A stretch of DNA of 64,000 nucleotides from a bacterium (GCA_043724245.1 JAYSMZ010000018.1:626-64625); one strand, 5' to 3'; positions 45,864 through 56,310 are shown, counted from the first letter of the stretch. Translations and numbers: made by a program. The notes: generated by a model from the letters alone, not told the origin.

Positions 45864-46436
45864 CTATTTTATCACTACGTCTTTGGCGGCAGACCCGGTT
45901 AGTGTAGAACTAGAATATTCAAGAAGAATATGCCAAGTACCGACAGAGAGTTCAGATGCCGGTATGTCAAAACCCTGACAGGTCGAAGTGCTAGCAAGGG
46001 CCTGTACCCCGGCAGTTTTCGTAACATTTGTTTCTTCTGCTTTTGTTAGTGTGAGGGTACATGTACCACTATCCACAACAGCTCCTATTTGAGAGCTAAT
46101 TACAAGTGGTGAACCACTCTGATTTTGATTCGCAGAAGTGATTAATACTTGAACGCTTTTCTGGTTGCTTCCTGGGATTGGGGCTGGAGCGGGCGGGGTT
46201 TCTTTTGAACCGGACTTAGCTGCAGAACCGGCTTTCTGTTGTTCTGAAGTAGCGGGGCCATTATTTACAGTACCTTGGTTATTTGATTTATTCTGTGCCT
46301 TTTGAGCTTCCCAGCCGAACAATTTACCATTCATGGCATAAACATATGTAAAAGCACTTGCCGTGACCAATAACACTATCGCAACAACAATTATGACAAC
46401 TGTTCTTTTTTTACTTTTTCTTTTTTCAATTTTCAT
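45864..46436 (-). CDS. Membrane-anchored protein with low-complexity linker, unknown function
   Basis: 190 aa. N-terminal TM, a Pro/Ser/Gln-rich linker, and a C-terminal beta-rich domain with 2 Cys. It lies 4 nt upstream of the lectin gene, so the two are probably co-transcribed. Confidence 0.5.
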   Translation of the reverse strand: MKIEKRKSKKRTVVIIVVAIVLLVTASAFTYVYAMNGKLFGWEAQKAQNKSNNQGTVNNGPATSEQQKAGSAAKSGSKETPPAPAPIPGSNQKSVQVLITSANQNQSGSPLVISSQIGAVVDSGTCTLTLTKAEETNVTKTAGVQALASTSTCQGFDIPASELSVGTWHILLEYSSSTLTGSAAKDVVIK

Positions 46437-46526
46437 AGTGATATGTTTATTTTCTTATATTATGGGCTTATTATACCATATGTATTAGATATAATCTAAA
46501 TAATAGAAACAGGCGTATATCGGAGC

Positions 46527-47618
46527 CTAATGAGTGATTATATTTAGAAAGTCTCGGTATGAGTTTTCAAACGTAAACTCTTTGCTCCATTGCCAGGCAT
46601 TTTTTCTCAATAACTCGTATTTATTTGTATCAGACAATAAACTTACTATTTGATTTCCCATTGATTGGTAGTTCGCATCGGGGGACAAAAGGCCGGTTTC
46701 ACCACTTTTAATACTATCCCTTAACCCGTCTACGTCATATGCGATAGCTGGCGTTCCTTGGCTGTTTGCCTCTGTCACGATTAATCCCCAACCTTCTTTC
46801 ACGGATGTTACTAATATGATGCCGGCTTGTTGCATCAATTCATTTTTTTTTGCACTTGATACCCGCCCCATGACCTTGATTGCGCTTGCGTGACGTGATT
46901 TATCTATATATTTAATTACATTTCTAGCATATAATCCCATATTATCCCCCGCAACAATCATTCGTAAGCTACTATTTTTGTCTCTCGCAATCTCGAACGC
47001 TTTTACGGCATGCAACGTGCGCTTCATCGGCCTAACTGCTCCCAAAGAAAGAATAATATTACTCTTTTTAATCCCCAATTTTCTTAATGGTTGTAGTGCC
47101 ATACCAACGCGAAATGTTTTTACATTTCGAAAACCGTACTTTTCCATATCCTTCTTGGTGCTTTGTGATTCGGTAATTGTAGTAGGGTAGCCTTTGGATA
47201 ATCTACGAAGCATATAAGGTTCTGACATGTAACCAATCCTGGACAAGGGAAATACCATTTGATGAAACCATACCTCGCGAGCCAGCTGGTAGCACAATAG
47301 GAAATTTTTTGTTTTATTATAAAAACCACTCCAAAAGGGCAGAGTATTCATTTCATCGATTACAATATCAGCCCATCCGTCTAAGTCTTTCTTATATAGG
47401 TTTCTAGCCTTTGCATATACGCTGTATCGATTACCAACTCGCAATATTGTTATACCGCCAATAGTTTCTTGAACCGATGAACTGGCATATCTGGCAGTGA
47501 TGACTTTAACTTCGTGACCATCACGTACTAATCGATCCATAATTTCACCGGAAACGATCTCAGCTCCACCCGCGAGAGGGTGTAGCCTATCTTTCCATGT
47601 CAACCAAAGGATTTTCAC
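46527..47618 (-). CDS. Glycosyltransferase family 4
   Basis: 363 aa. Motif VTSVKEGWGLIVTEANSQGTPAIAYDVDGLRDS. It contains an A9 homopolymer on the coding strand at 46843-46851. Confidence 0.8.
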   Translation of the reverse strand: MKILWLTWKDRLHPLAGGAEIVSGEIMDRLVRDGHEVKVITARYASSSVQETIGGITILRVGNRYSVYAKARNLYKKDLDGWADIVIDEMNTLPFWSGFYNKTKNFLLCYQLAREVWFHQMVFPLSRIGYMSEPYMLRRLSKGYPTTITESQSTKKDMEKYGFRNVKTFRVGMALQPLRKLGIKKSNIILSLGAVRPMKRTLHAVKAFEIARDKNSSLRMIVAGDNMGLYARNVIKYIDKSRHASAIKVMGRVSSAKKNELMQQAGIILVTSVKEGWGLIVTEANSQGTPAIAYDVDGLRDSIKSGETGLLSPDANYQSMGNQIVSLLSDTNKYELLRKNAWQWSKEFTFENSYRDFLNIITH

Positions 47619-48577
47619 TCACACTCTTCTCGAATTATATAAAGCGGTCGATTTTGGGTTTCGTAATATATGTTTTCAATATACAGTGCCAACAAACCTT
47701 GGCAAGCTAACACAACCCCAACTAAAAAGCTAAGGAACATCGCTAAAAACGCAGTCCCTGTTACCGCTAGGTTCAATGGGTCAGCAAATACATATTTTTC
47801 AATTAAAAGGGATATCATCAGCAGTATAGACACGGCAGAAATTAACAACCCCAAGACGCCGATTAGCTTTAACGGACGTGTTGAATGTTTGATTGTCCCA
47901 TCAATGGCTAGTTTTACAAGCTTATTGTATGAATAACTGGCTTTTCCGGCATGTCGAGCGTTTGCGCGAAAAGGTATGGTAGAGCGTTTATATCCAAGCC
48001 AGTCAATTAGATTTCTCGATATTCGATTTCGTTCAGTGAGTGCATTGTATTGGTCAACTACTTTGCGGTCAATAAGGCGAAAATCCGTAGAAGAGGGTAT
48101 TGTTTCTCGACTATTATCGACTATTTTTAACAGCAGGTAAAAAAGCTTTGATCCAATGGATTTTATGAACCCCTCACCCTGGTTACTTTCTCTAACTCCT
48201 ATAACAACTTCGTACCCACTTCGCCATTTTTCAATAAACTTATCGATTAGTCCTATTGGGTACTGGCCGTCTGCATCAACTATAAACACCGCATCGCCAA
48301 CTGCTTTTTTCATTGCGGCAGAGATTGCTGCTTCTTTACCAAAGTTTCTAGAAAAAGACGTATATTTAACTCGTCTATCCTGTTTCGAGAAAATTTTTAT
48401 TATGTCCAAAGAATCATCACTACTCCCATCGTCGATGTATATAATTTCGTATTTAATCTCAACTGCATCTAACGTATTAACGATTATTTTGTGATGCCAT
48501 TCAAGGTTTTCTCTTTCATTACAGACAGGGATGATGACGCTAATCAGTGGTAATTGGTTTTCTTTCATAATATCCAC
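47615..48577 (-). CDS. GT2 polyprenyl-phosphate hexosyltransferase (second GtrB/DPM1-like copy)
   Basis: 320 aa. Motifs ISVIIPVCNE, IDDGSSDDS, VDADGQYP and two C-terminal TM helices. Confidence 0.85.
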   Translation of the reverse strand: MDIMKENQLPLISVIIPVCNERENLEWHHKIIVNTLDAVEIKYEIIYIDDGSSDDSLDIIKIFSKQDRRVKYTSFSRNFGKEAAISAAMKKAVGDAVFIVDADGQYPIGLIDKFIEKWRSGYEVVIGVRESNQGEGFIKSIGSKLFYLLLKIVDNSRETIPSSTDFRLIDRKVVDQYNALTERNRISRNLIDWLGYKRSTIPFRANARHAGKASYSYNKLVKLAIDGTIKHSTRPLKLIGVLGLLISAVSILLMISLLIEKYVFADPLNLAVTGTAFLAMFLSFLVGVVLACQGLLALYIENIYYETQNRPLYIIREECE

Positions 48578-48645
48578 TATTGTAACAATTTTATCTTTAA
48601 CTGTATAATGGCTATTAATTAATTTGTTTAATAATTGGGGTAAGA

Positions 48646-49467
48646 ATGAGTAAATTGACAGCGTTGCACTATATAAAAAACCTTAAGCTTATTAGACGTA
48701 ATAAGGAATGGCTGCAAGTTAATGGTGTGAGAAGAGGGGATAAGTTTTCATATTACGGTAGCATAGTCTTGTCGTATGTTATGCGAAAAAAGAAAATCAA
48801 ATACCTTGGCTCAACACTATATTATGATAATATTGCTACCCCCTTAATACTACAAAGCTATCCTTATGAAGTTTATACGAGTGTAATTGCAAATATGCAT
48901 AAACACCCCAAAACCGTTTTAGATATAGGAGGGAACCTAGGTCAGTTTACTCTTACTATAAATTATATACTAAAGGGTAAAACACTAATTGATGTGTTTG
49001 AGCCGAACAGATATGCATATAAATTATTAATGAAAAATGTTGAATTCAAAAAAAATATTACTCTTTTTAATTATGGACTTGGCGATTCTGATACAAAAGA
49101 GGTATTGCATTTTAATCCGAACCGTACAAGTATTGGATCTGTTCTAGAACAGAATGCTGGCGAAGATGCCAGTATATCTCAAGAGATTAGCATAACTTCA
49201 AGCCCGCAAATTTTAACAAAGCGAAAGAAATATGATTTAGTTAAAGTAGACGTCGAAGGATACGAATTCCACGCGATAAAAGGGCTCGCTGGTATCAGTT
49301 GCAAATATCTTTTTATGGAATTTTCAGGCTTAACGAGGGAAAAAGATTACATGCATTCTGAGATGATGACGTTAATGGAGAAACAGTGGGGGGAGTATGA
49401 TATTTGTTATTGTAGTGGTCTTGGGTCTGAAGATGATATATTTGATATGTTGATAAGGTTCAAGTAA
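48646..49467 (+). CDS. FkbM-family methyltransferase
   Basis: 273 aa. Motifs VLDIGGNLGQFTL, VFEPN and DLVKVDVEGYEFHAIKG. Confidence 0.65.
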   Translation: MSKLTALHYIKNLKLIRRNKEWLQVNGVRRGDKFSYYGSIVLSYVMRKKKIKYLGSTLYYDNIATPLILQSYPYEVYTSVIANMHKHPKTVLDIGGNLGQFTLTINYILKGKTLIDVFEPNRYAYKLLMKNVEFKKNITLFNYGLGDSDTKEVLHFNPNRTSIGSVLEQNAGEDASISQEISITSSPQILTKRKKYDLVKVDVEGYEFHAIKGLAGISCKYLFMEFSGLTREKDYMHSEMMTLMEKQWGEYDICYCSGLGSEDDIFDMLIRFK

Positions 49468-49490
49468 AATTAATAATTATTAAAAGATTT

Positions 49491-50687
49491 TTATTTTAAA
49501 TATCTGACTAAGTCATCAATGACTTTTTGGTGATCAAATTGTTTTGCTTGTTCAACAGCCTCTTCGGCCATCTTTTTTCTTTTAGAATCATTTTTAAATA
49601 ATTTAATAATCTCATTAGCAAAACTATCCGTATCAAACAAGCCAACGCTTTTGAATCCTTTTTTATACACTCCACCAAAGATATCAAGGTTATAAGACAC
49701 CACAGGGAGTCCAGACGACATTGCTTCACAAACAGCCAGTCCCCACCCATTTTCGTGATCGGGGCACAAAAAAACTTTGGCGCTTTTTAATATACTATAA
49801 ACCTCATCTTTATCGATGAACCCCAATAAAGAAAAGCTATCCTCTAGGGAGTTTTCTTCTAATTGTTTGGACAACTGTTTTCTATAATTATCGCCCCCGC
49901 CACCAATCCAAGCTAATTTGAGTTTAGGGTTTGAAGCGTGAACTATTTTCCATATTTTTACAGTATCAAAGATTCCTTTTACTGGGGCAATTCGTCCTAA
50001 AACGACAACGTCGTAAGGATACTTTTTCTTGGAAGTGAAATTATTTATTGCTTGAAAATCAATCCCAGCACTCAAAATATCAAGCTTTTCTTTTGGGAAA
50101 TTTAGGGCAATTACTTCATCGTAAAGCTTTAAGTTCAGTGCTAGTATCTTGGTGCTTCTTTTTTTCATCATCCAAAAACTAAGCCTTTGTAGGCTATAAG
50201 CAAGTGCATTTACTGCATAATTTCCTTGTCGTTTTTTAGGAGGTAATATTATATGATAAATTCTACTTAACCACCTAATCCCAGATTTTTTCCTGGTAAT
50301 AAAAAAAGCAGGCCAAATATCCGCATATGCAATATCAGAACAAGAGTAAATTGTTTGAATATCTTCTTTCTTTAATATCCAAAATACCTGCCATGCCCTG
50401 ACTACATAAGATAGGAAAATGTATATCGGGTTATCTTCACACTCAAATCTATTATGGGGTAATAACCTAAACTCAATATTTGATTGGTCAACATTATCCC
50501 AATGGGCTTTTGCAAAGTGTGGTGTGATAATTATAATTTTTATCTCTTTCGGAAGGCGTGGAGCAATGTCAATAAAAAGTTGATCTCCTCCGGTCAGTAC
50601 TTTTGGAGAAACTAAACCCGTAAACAATACATGCATACTTTTTTTGTCGGGAATTGATTTCTTTTTCGAATTTATCATAACTATCAA
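49491..50687 (-). CDS. Glycosyltransferase family 4
   Basis: 398 aa. Motif LCPDHENGWGLAVCEAMSSGLPVVSYN. Confidence 0.75.
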   Translation of the reverse strand: MIVMINSKKKSIPDKKSMHVLFTGLVSPKVLTGGDQLFIDIAPRLPKEIKIIIITPHFAKAHWDNVDQSNIEFRLLPHNRFECEDNPIYIFLSYVVRAWQVFWILKKEDIQTIYSCSDIAYADIWPAFFITRKKSGIRWLSRIYHIILPPKKRQGNYAVNALAYSLQRLSFWMMKKRSTKILALNLKLYDEVIALNFPKEKLDILSAGIDFQAINNFTSKKKYPYDVVVLGRIAPVKGIFDTVKIWKIVHASNPKLKLAWIGGGGDNYRKQLSKQLEENSLEDSFSLLGFIDKDEVYSILKSAKVFLCPDHENGWGLAVCEAMSSGLPVVSYNLDIFGGVYKKGFKSVGLFDTDSFANEIIKLFKNDSKRKKMAEEAVEQAKQFDHQKVIDDLVRYLK

Positions 50688-50702
50688 GTAGATCAGAAAA
50701 TA

Positions 50703-51875
50703 TCATGAAAATATTGCGATAATCTCATTCTTCTCCTCATCAGTTAACTCCGGATTGTTTCCGAAATACAAACCTTGTTCATGTATTAACCCGGCGTTTG
50801 AATCATTTGGGAAATCACCCTTTTCGTATTTATTGAAAAATGGTTGTTTCGTCATATCTCCACCTACGATTGGTCTTAATTCTAGTTTTCCGATACATTT
50901 TTCCACTAATTCATCACGAATCTCTTTAGTTTTGCATATGACAGGGAATGCGAAATTTGAGACTAAATCGATATGGTTGTATCGGACCGGATAGAACCTA
51001 TCCTTTTGTGTATAAATCTTGTCAGCGATTTCCAAGAAAGTTTCTTGACGTTTTTGAACAATTTCATCCAGGTATGGGACTTGAGTGTTACCAATAAAGC
51101 CGTTTATTTCCGTTGGTCGTAAATTATAACCTAAATCGTAAAAAGTATATCGTGAGTAAAATGAGCTATTTACATTATGTTTATCACGAATCTCTTGTTG
51201 GGTTTTTTCGGCTAGGTTACGATCCCAACCATGTGCTCGGACAAGGCTTAACATCTCGGCTATTTCATCATCGTCTGTGCAAACGGCGCCGCCCTCGACA
51301 GTAGACATATGATGACCGACATAAAATGAAAAAGTACTGGCTTGGCCATAATTACCAAGTTTTTCACCTTTGTAGATAGTGCCAAGTGATTCACAGTTAT
51401 CTTCGATTAGTACAATATTATCTTTTTCGCAAATATCACGTATTTTATCAATGTCATCACAAAAACCAAGTAAATTGGTTAAAAAGAGCATTTTTATTTC
51501 AGTTTTTTTGAGTGTTTTTTGTAATTGATTACTAGAAACATTTAAAGTATCAATTTCAACATCAATAGGGACGACAGTTAATCCTAATTCGATTAATGGC
51601 ATTATATTCGTAGACCATGTGAGCGCAGAAACACCAATGTTATCGCCCTTTTTAATTTTGCCGATATTAAGCAATGCCTGAACAGTGGCTAGGTTTGCTG
51701 AACTACCACTATTAACAAATATACAATGCCTGCGTCCTTGCCATTTAGCAAATCTTTTTTCAAACTCTCTGCACTGTTGACCAAAACTAAGCATTTCGGC
51801 ACTTTTAATAAAAGAAATCAACTTATCTTTCGTGTCTGATTCATTATAAAATGTTGTTTTAATAAGCTTTATCAT
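50703..51875 (-). CDS. colD: PLP/PMP-dependent GDP-4-keto-6-deoxy-D-mannose 3-dehydratase (ColD-like), DegT/DnrJ/EryC1 fold
   Basis: 390 aa. VNSGSSANL, LIEDNCESLG, and FSFYVGHHMSTVEGG with His188-His189 where aminotransferases carry the Schiff-base Lys. It is followed by VRAHGWDRNL. This closely parallels E. coli ColD as I recall it. Confidence 0.75.
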   Translation of the reverse strand: MIKLIKTTFYNESDTKDKLISFIKSAEMLSFGQQCREFEKRFAKWQGRRHCIFVNSGSSANLATVQALLNIGKIKKGDNIGVSALTWSTNIMPLIELGLTVVPIDVEIDTLNVSSNQLQKTLKKTEIKMLFLTNLLGFCDDIDKIRDICEKDNIVLIEDNCESLGTIYKGEKLGNYGQASTFSFYVGHHMSTVEGGAVCTDDDEIAEMLSLVRAHGWDRNLAEKTQQEIRDKHNVNSSFYSRYTFYDLGYNLRPTEINGFIGNTQVPYLDEIVQKRQETFLEIADKIYTQKDRFYPVRYNHIDLVSNFAFPVICKTKEIRDELVEKCIGKLELRPIVGGDMTKQPFFNKYEKGDFPNDSNAGLIHEQGLYFGNNPELTDEEKNEIIAIFS

Positions 51876-51929
51876 GCTCTGAATATTATATATAATATCC
51901 CTATAAAAGCAAAATCTGAACGGGTTACT

Positions 51930-53177
51930 TTAATCTTTAATTATCTGCGTATGGGCATTTATCACGAAGATAATACCGACAATTGCAATGGCGCATGTAA
52001 TGGCATCAAGACCAACCAAGGCTGTAGACATATTAGAATATTTTCCAATAACCTCAGAAAAGATAAATATCGAACCACCGGTTGCGGCAGATATCCAAAC
52101 TGCAATATATTTTCGTAGGACTACAAAATATAAAACAACAGCAGTGATGATTAGTAAAAAGAATTTATAAAGAAATGAGAGTATGCCTATAGTGCTAATC
52201 AGTTGTGGGCTATAATTTACTCCGAATAGTGCAGAGGCCAGTAGGTTCCCAAAAAAGAACAACACAATAATTGCGACCAGTGTGATAACAGTAAAGTAGC
52301 TAATTACTTTAGCAAATGGCTTACGATTTAAGGGGTAATTATTTATATTTATTTCTCCAAGGAATGGCCAAATAAATATCATGCCAGCAAAAAAGACAAC
52401 ACGACTAATCACATAAATATCAGTGTAAAATTTAATATCAATATGTTCGAGGTTCTGCATAATTAGTAAATCAGCTACTTGGGTCAAGCCTATAACCATT
52501 ATTGCAACGGAAGTCAACGCAGCATACCTGATAATAGGACCCATATGTTTATTCCTAAGTTCACTGATCGGGGTTTTTAACGACTTGGTTATTTTAGGAA
52601 GTTGTTCACTGGAAAACAAGTAGAAAATTATTATAATTGTAATAATTTGTGCAATTGTCATAGACAGCATCGTTATCAAACCATTATGGCTGATAATCGA
52701 AGTCGTAATTCCGATTAGGAATTGACAGCTAGCAGAAATCAAGGCAACCAAACCTAATTTAACCATTTTGTTTTTACCGTTAAAGTACCCGGATATTATT
52801 ACGATAGGGATTGAAAAAAGCATCATCAAAGATATTGGTAATGCAAAGAGCACAGGCGTGTGTATTTTGTCCATTACAAATGGAGAAATTATTAAAAAGA
52901 TTACAGCCACCAATAGGAATATTTTAAATAAAAACGCTTGTAGCAACTCAATCTTATTGTTTGTTTGACTATTATTTTCACTTTTTGATAAGCCGATTGT
53001 TATTGCCAAAATTGATGACAAGAATGTTGATATTTGAGTAAATAAAGATAAAGAAACTGTGATAATAACGTATTCAGGTGGAGGCAAGATACGGCCAAAT
53101 AACGGGTAAGCCGTATAATTTAGCGCCGAAGCAACGATGCTAAGGATAACAAATATAAATATACTTTTTTTCATCAT
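51930..53177 (-). CDS. Polytopic membrane protein, MOP/Wzx-type flippase candidate
   Basis: 415 aa with about 12-14 hydrophobic helices and no soluble domain. It lies in a glycan operon with a 4-nt overlap with the GT2. Confidence 0.55.
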   Translation of the reverse strand: MMKKSIFIFVILSIVASALNYTAYPLFGRILPPPEYVIITVSLSLFTQISTFLSSILAITIGLSKSENNSQTNNKIELLQAFLFKIFLLVAVIFLIISPFVMDKIHTPVLFALPISLMMLFSIPIVIISGYFNGKNKMVKLGLVALISASCQFLIGITTSIISHNGLITMLSMTIAQIITIIIIFYLFSSEQLPKITKSLKTPISELRNKHMGPIIRYAALTSVAIMVIGLTQVADLLIMQNLEHIDIKFYTDIYVISRVVFFAGMIFIWPFLGEININNYPLNRKPFAKVISYFTVITLVAIIVLFFFGNLLASALFGVNYSPQLISTIGILSFLYKFFLLIITAVVLYFVVLRKYIAVWISAATGGSIFIFSEVIGKYSNMSTALVGLDAITCAIAIVGIIFVINAHTQIIKD

Positions 53178-54031
53178 TTTTTTTGTATTTTAGCCCTCAA
53201 GTAACCGGCACCACCAAAACCAAACTCACAGGTTTTCATAAATAACATCCCTATGCCAATTATTGGGTTTTTGAATAACCTTTTTGGGTTTGAAAAAAAG
53301 AGTCGATATCGACCGATAATACTGGTTTGTTGACTAACATTTGCTGCCGATTTATTCGAATATTTATATTTTGTAAATTTTTCAGCGTAGTAAAACTTCT
53401 TTTTTATTGATTTCCAAAGAGAAATGCGTCCCTCGTTATGATAGATAAAACTACCGACGCGATCAATCTCTCCTAATTCTTCGATTCTTTGCGACAAATC
53501 CCAATCCTCGCCACTTGTCATTTTTTCATTATAACCACCAACTTTTAAATAATCACTTCTTTTGAAAAATCGAGCAGCTTCCATATATGGTATCCCGACA
53601 TAGAAACTTCTTTCTAGTTTTTTACATCGAGCCCAAAAACCCTCACCAAAAGATTCTTCCGGTATTACCAAGCCTGTAATTTTGCGATTGTCCTCCATTA
53701 CTTTTACGCATTCTTGGATGACATTCGAGGATAGGTTCATATCACTATCTATAATGATGACATATTTACCAGTTGCCGTACTCACGCCAAAATTTCTTTG
53801 GGCACTTCGTTCAGGGCCTTTCGAGTAGAATAGTTTTGTATATTTTTTTGCAATGTTCGGTGTTTTGTCTGACGAAAAGTTATCTATGACAATTATCTCT
53901 ATGTGTTCGTAGGTTTGATTTTTGATTGACTCAAGACAAGCCCCCAGCGTTTTTGCTGAGTTTTTCGTAGGCACAATAACTGATACAATAGTGGTTAGCA
54001 TTAAGAGAATTATAACATTATAAGGTATCAT
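53174..54031 (-). CDS. Glycosyltransferase family 2
   Basis: 285 aa. Motifs VSVIVPTKNSAKTL, IDNFSSDKT, IIIDSDM and GEDWDL. Confidence 0.8.
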   Translation of the reverse strand: MIPYNVIILLMLTTIVSVIVPTKNSAKTLGACLESIKNQTYEHIEIIVIDNFSSDKTPNIAKKYTKLFYSKGPERSAQRNFGVSTATGKYVIIIDSDMNLSSNVIQECVKVMEDNRKITGLVIPEESFGEGFWARCKKLERSFYVGIPYMEAARFFKRSDYLKVGGYNEKMTSGEDWDLSQRIEELGEIDRVGSFIYHNEGRISLWKSIKKKFYYAEKFTKYKYSNKSAANVSQQTSIIGRYRLFFSNPKRLFKNPIIGIGMLFMKTCEFGFGGAGYLRAKIQKK

Positions 54032-54087
54032 GTGCTTTCATATATTCACAATTGTTCAATAATTAATTTACATAAGGATTTGGTCTA

Positions 54088-56310
54088 GTGACTAAAACAA
54101 AATTCGATTTAAGAATCATATATTCTTTCTTGAAAAAAAATTGGTTCATATTATTTACAATTTTAACTTATATGTTTTTTACCTTTTATTATTTGGGACC
54201 GTCAGTTACCTCGTGCGCTAATACCGTGTATGGTTTTGGCGACAACACTGCCGGACCGATATGGAGGGCTACTTTACCGGAGGACCAGGGTTTAATCGGT
54301 TCATACACAAACATGACAAATGCTCCTTTTGGTGACAATCTGAATAGCCCTATCGGCTATAGTCTTATTGGCCAAACCGCTCTTATCAGGACTTCGATGG
54401 CGGTAGCCGGTCCTGTGTGTGGTTATAACATAATAAATATGATTGGCTTCTTATTGAGCGCCTTAGCGATGTTTGGGTTTATTTTTGCCGTTACTCGTAA
54501 AAGATGGATTGCACTTCTTGCTGGTTATGCGGTGTCATTTACACCGTATTATCAAATGAAAATTGGAGGGCATCCGAGTTACGGATATCAAGCAATTTTT
54601 ATAGGAATCATATGGTTGTTTTATAGATTACTAAAATTAAAAAGGAAAAGAGACGTTGCTTACTTAAGCATCGTGTTCGCAATTGCAGTTTATTTTGACC
54701 CATATTTTTCCCTCTTAGCAGCAATAACCTTAGGATCTTTAGGTTTGGCCTGGCTAATAGTGTATAGAAAAATCATTACTATTAACTTTTGGAAGTTAAA
54801 TAATAAAATAAAAAATATAGAGACGATAAAACAATTCAGGCTCTTGTTGCTTTCATTATTATTAATAGTACTCCTTGTGCTGCCCCTCGCTTTTGTGTTC
54901 TCGTCACAGGCAGGACAGATTAACTCAAACGTAGCTTCCTCGCGTGGCAATGTCTTATTTGAAGCGAAGGCTTGTAGTAATTGGCCTCATGAATATTTAG
55001 TACCATTTGTTTTAAACCCAGTTTTTGAAAAAGTGATTGGGAAAGACCGCTATATTGGGACAATTAATAATTTAAGAGATAATTTTTCGTGCGGGATTGG
55101 CGAAGATTCTGTAGGATTAAGTTTGACGTTAGTTTTTATTACTACAGTAGGGTTTATCATATTTCTTTGGGAAATGCTAAATAAGAGAAGACTGGGTCTT
55201 GATAAGAGGTTTGGCTATAACCCTAAAATGGTTGTTGTTGGAATGATTTCTTTGGCAGTTATTTCTATAGCAATCGGCTTCCCGCCACTTATCTATCATA
55301 ATATTATTCCCACCCCGTCGTTCATAATTCTTTCAATAACTTCAACCTGGAGAACACTAGCTAGGGTCTATGTGTTAGTAAATATTTCCCTGGTCGTATT
55401 ATCTTCAATTGTAATAGCATATTTTTATCAGCATTTTGATCTGAAAAAATATTATCGTTTAATTGCAATTCTGTTTGCTCTAATTTGCCTAGGGGTAATG
55501 GTTGAGTATCAAGCATTTATGCCATTTAGCGGAAATAGTTTGAGTACGTTTAATTACAACAAAGATGTTCCTCCAGCTTATACGTGGTTGAAAAATCAAA
55601 ATGGTATAAAGACTTTAGCAGAATATCCTCTAGAGAGGAGTGGGGGTGAATCGAATGCAACAGCCTACTATTTGACAATGCAAGTAGTTCATAAGAAAAA
55701 AGTATTTAACAGTGCTTTGTCATATAGTCCTCAAGAGACATTAAAATCTGGGTTAAAAAACCTATCAGACCCTCAAACCCTACCAGTTTTAAGGGCTTTA
55801 GGGGTGGACGCTGTAGTGATCCACGGATATGATAAAAAACAGATCGAGAAAATTCCTAATGCAAATGTAATATACACAGCAACGAAACCACAATTTAATA
55901 TTTCAGAATTTACTCCAACTGTGAAGAATGACGATGTTGCGGTTTTGAGTCTAATTAATGTGACCCCATCAACTTTTGTTATTGAACTTGGGGAAGGATT
56001 TGCCCGCAATACGACCATAATTAACTCAGTATTTGATTGGCAATATGAAGCCATGCAGGGGTCTATTTTTAATATTCAATCCAATCGAGGGAAAATGTTA
56101 AATACTGCAACGGACGTTTGTTTTGATATAAAAATGTCCGTACCGACTGAAACAGCATTTTTGGACCCAAAAGTTGACGGAATCTCCAGTGGAACCAACC
56201 CTATAAATGGTGTATACAAAACAATAAAACTAAATGTAAAAAGCACCATAGAATTACATAATAGCACTGGTCATAATATGAGGGTAACAAAAATAGGGTG
56301 CAACCCCTAG
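54088..56310 (+). CDS. Large polytopic membrane protein with C-terminal soluble domain (GT-C-fold glycosyltransferase / YfhO-like candidate)
   Basis: 740 aa with a GTG start. About 11-13 TM helices in the first ~480 aa, then a ~260-aa extracytoplasmic domain. It is located among polyprenyl-phosphate sugar synthase genes. Confidence 0.5.
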   Translation: MTKTKFDLRIIYSFLKKNWFILFTILTYMFFTFYYLGPSVTSCANTVYGFGDNTAGPIWRATLPEDQGLIGSYTNMTNAPFGDNLNSPIGYSLIGQTALIRTSMAVAGPVCGYNIINMIGFLLSALAMFGFIFAVTRKRWIALLAGYAVSFTPYYQMKIGGHPSYGYQAIFIGIIWLFYRLLKLKRKRDVAYLSIVFAIAVYFDPYFSLLAAITLGSLGLAWLIVYRKIITINFWKLNNKIKNIETIKQFRLLLLSLLLIVLLVLPLAFVFSSQAGQINSNVASSRGNVLFEAKACSNWPHEYLVPFVLNPVFEKVIGKDRYIGTINNLRDNFSCGIGEDSVGLSLTLVFITTVGFIIFLWEMLNKRRLGLDKRFGYNPKMVVVGMISLAVISIAIGFPPLIYHNIIPTPSFIILSITSTWRTLARVYVLVNISLVVLSSIVIAYFYQHFDLKKYYRLIAILFALICLGVMVEYQAFMPFSGNSLSTFNYNKDVPPAYTWLKNQNGIKTLAEYPLERSGGESNATAYYLTMQVVHKKKVFNSALSYSPQETLKSGLKNLSDPQTLPVLRALGVDAVVIHGYDKKQIEKIPNANVIYTATKPQFNISEFTPTVKNDDVAVLSLINVTPSTFVIELGEGFARNTTIINSVFDWQYEAMQGSIFNIQSNRGKMLNTATDVCFDIKMSVPTETAFLDPKVDGISSGTNPINGVYKTIKLNVKSTIELHNSTGHNMRVTKIGCNP

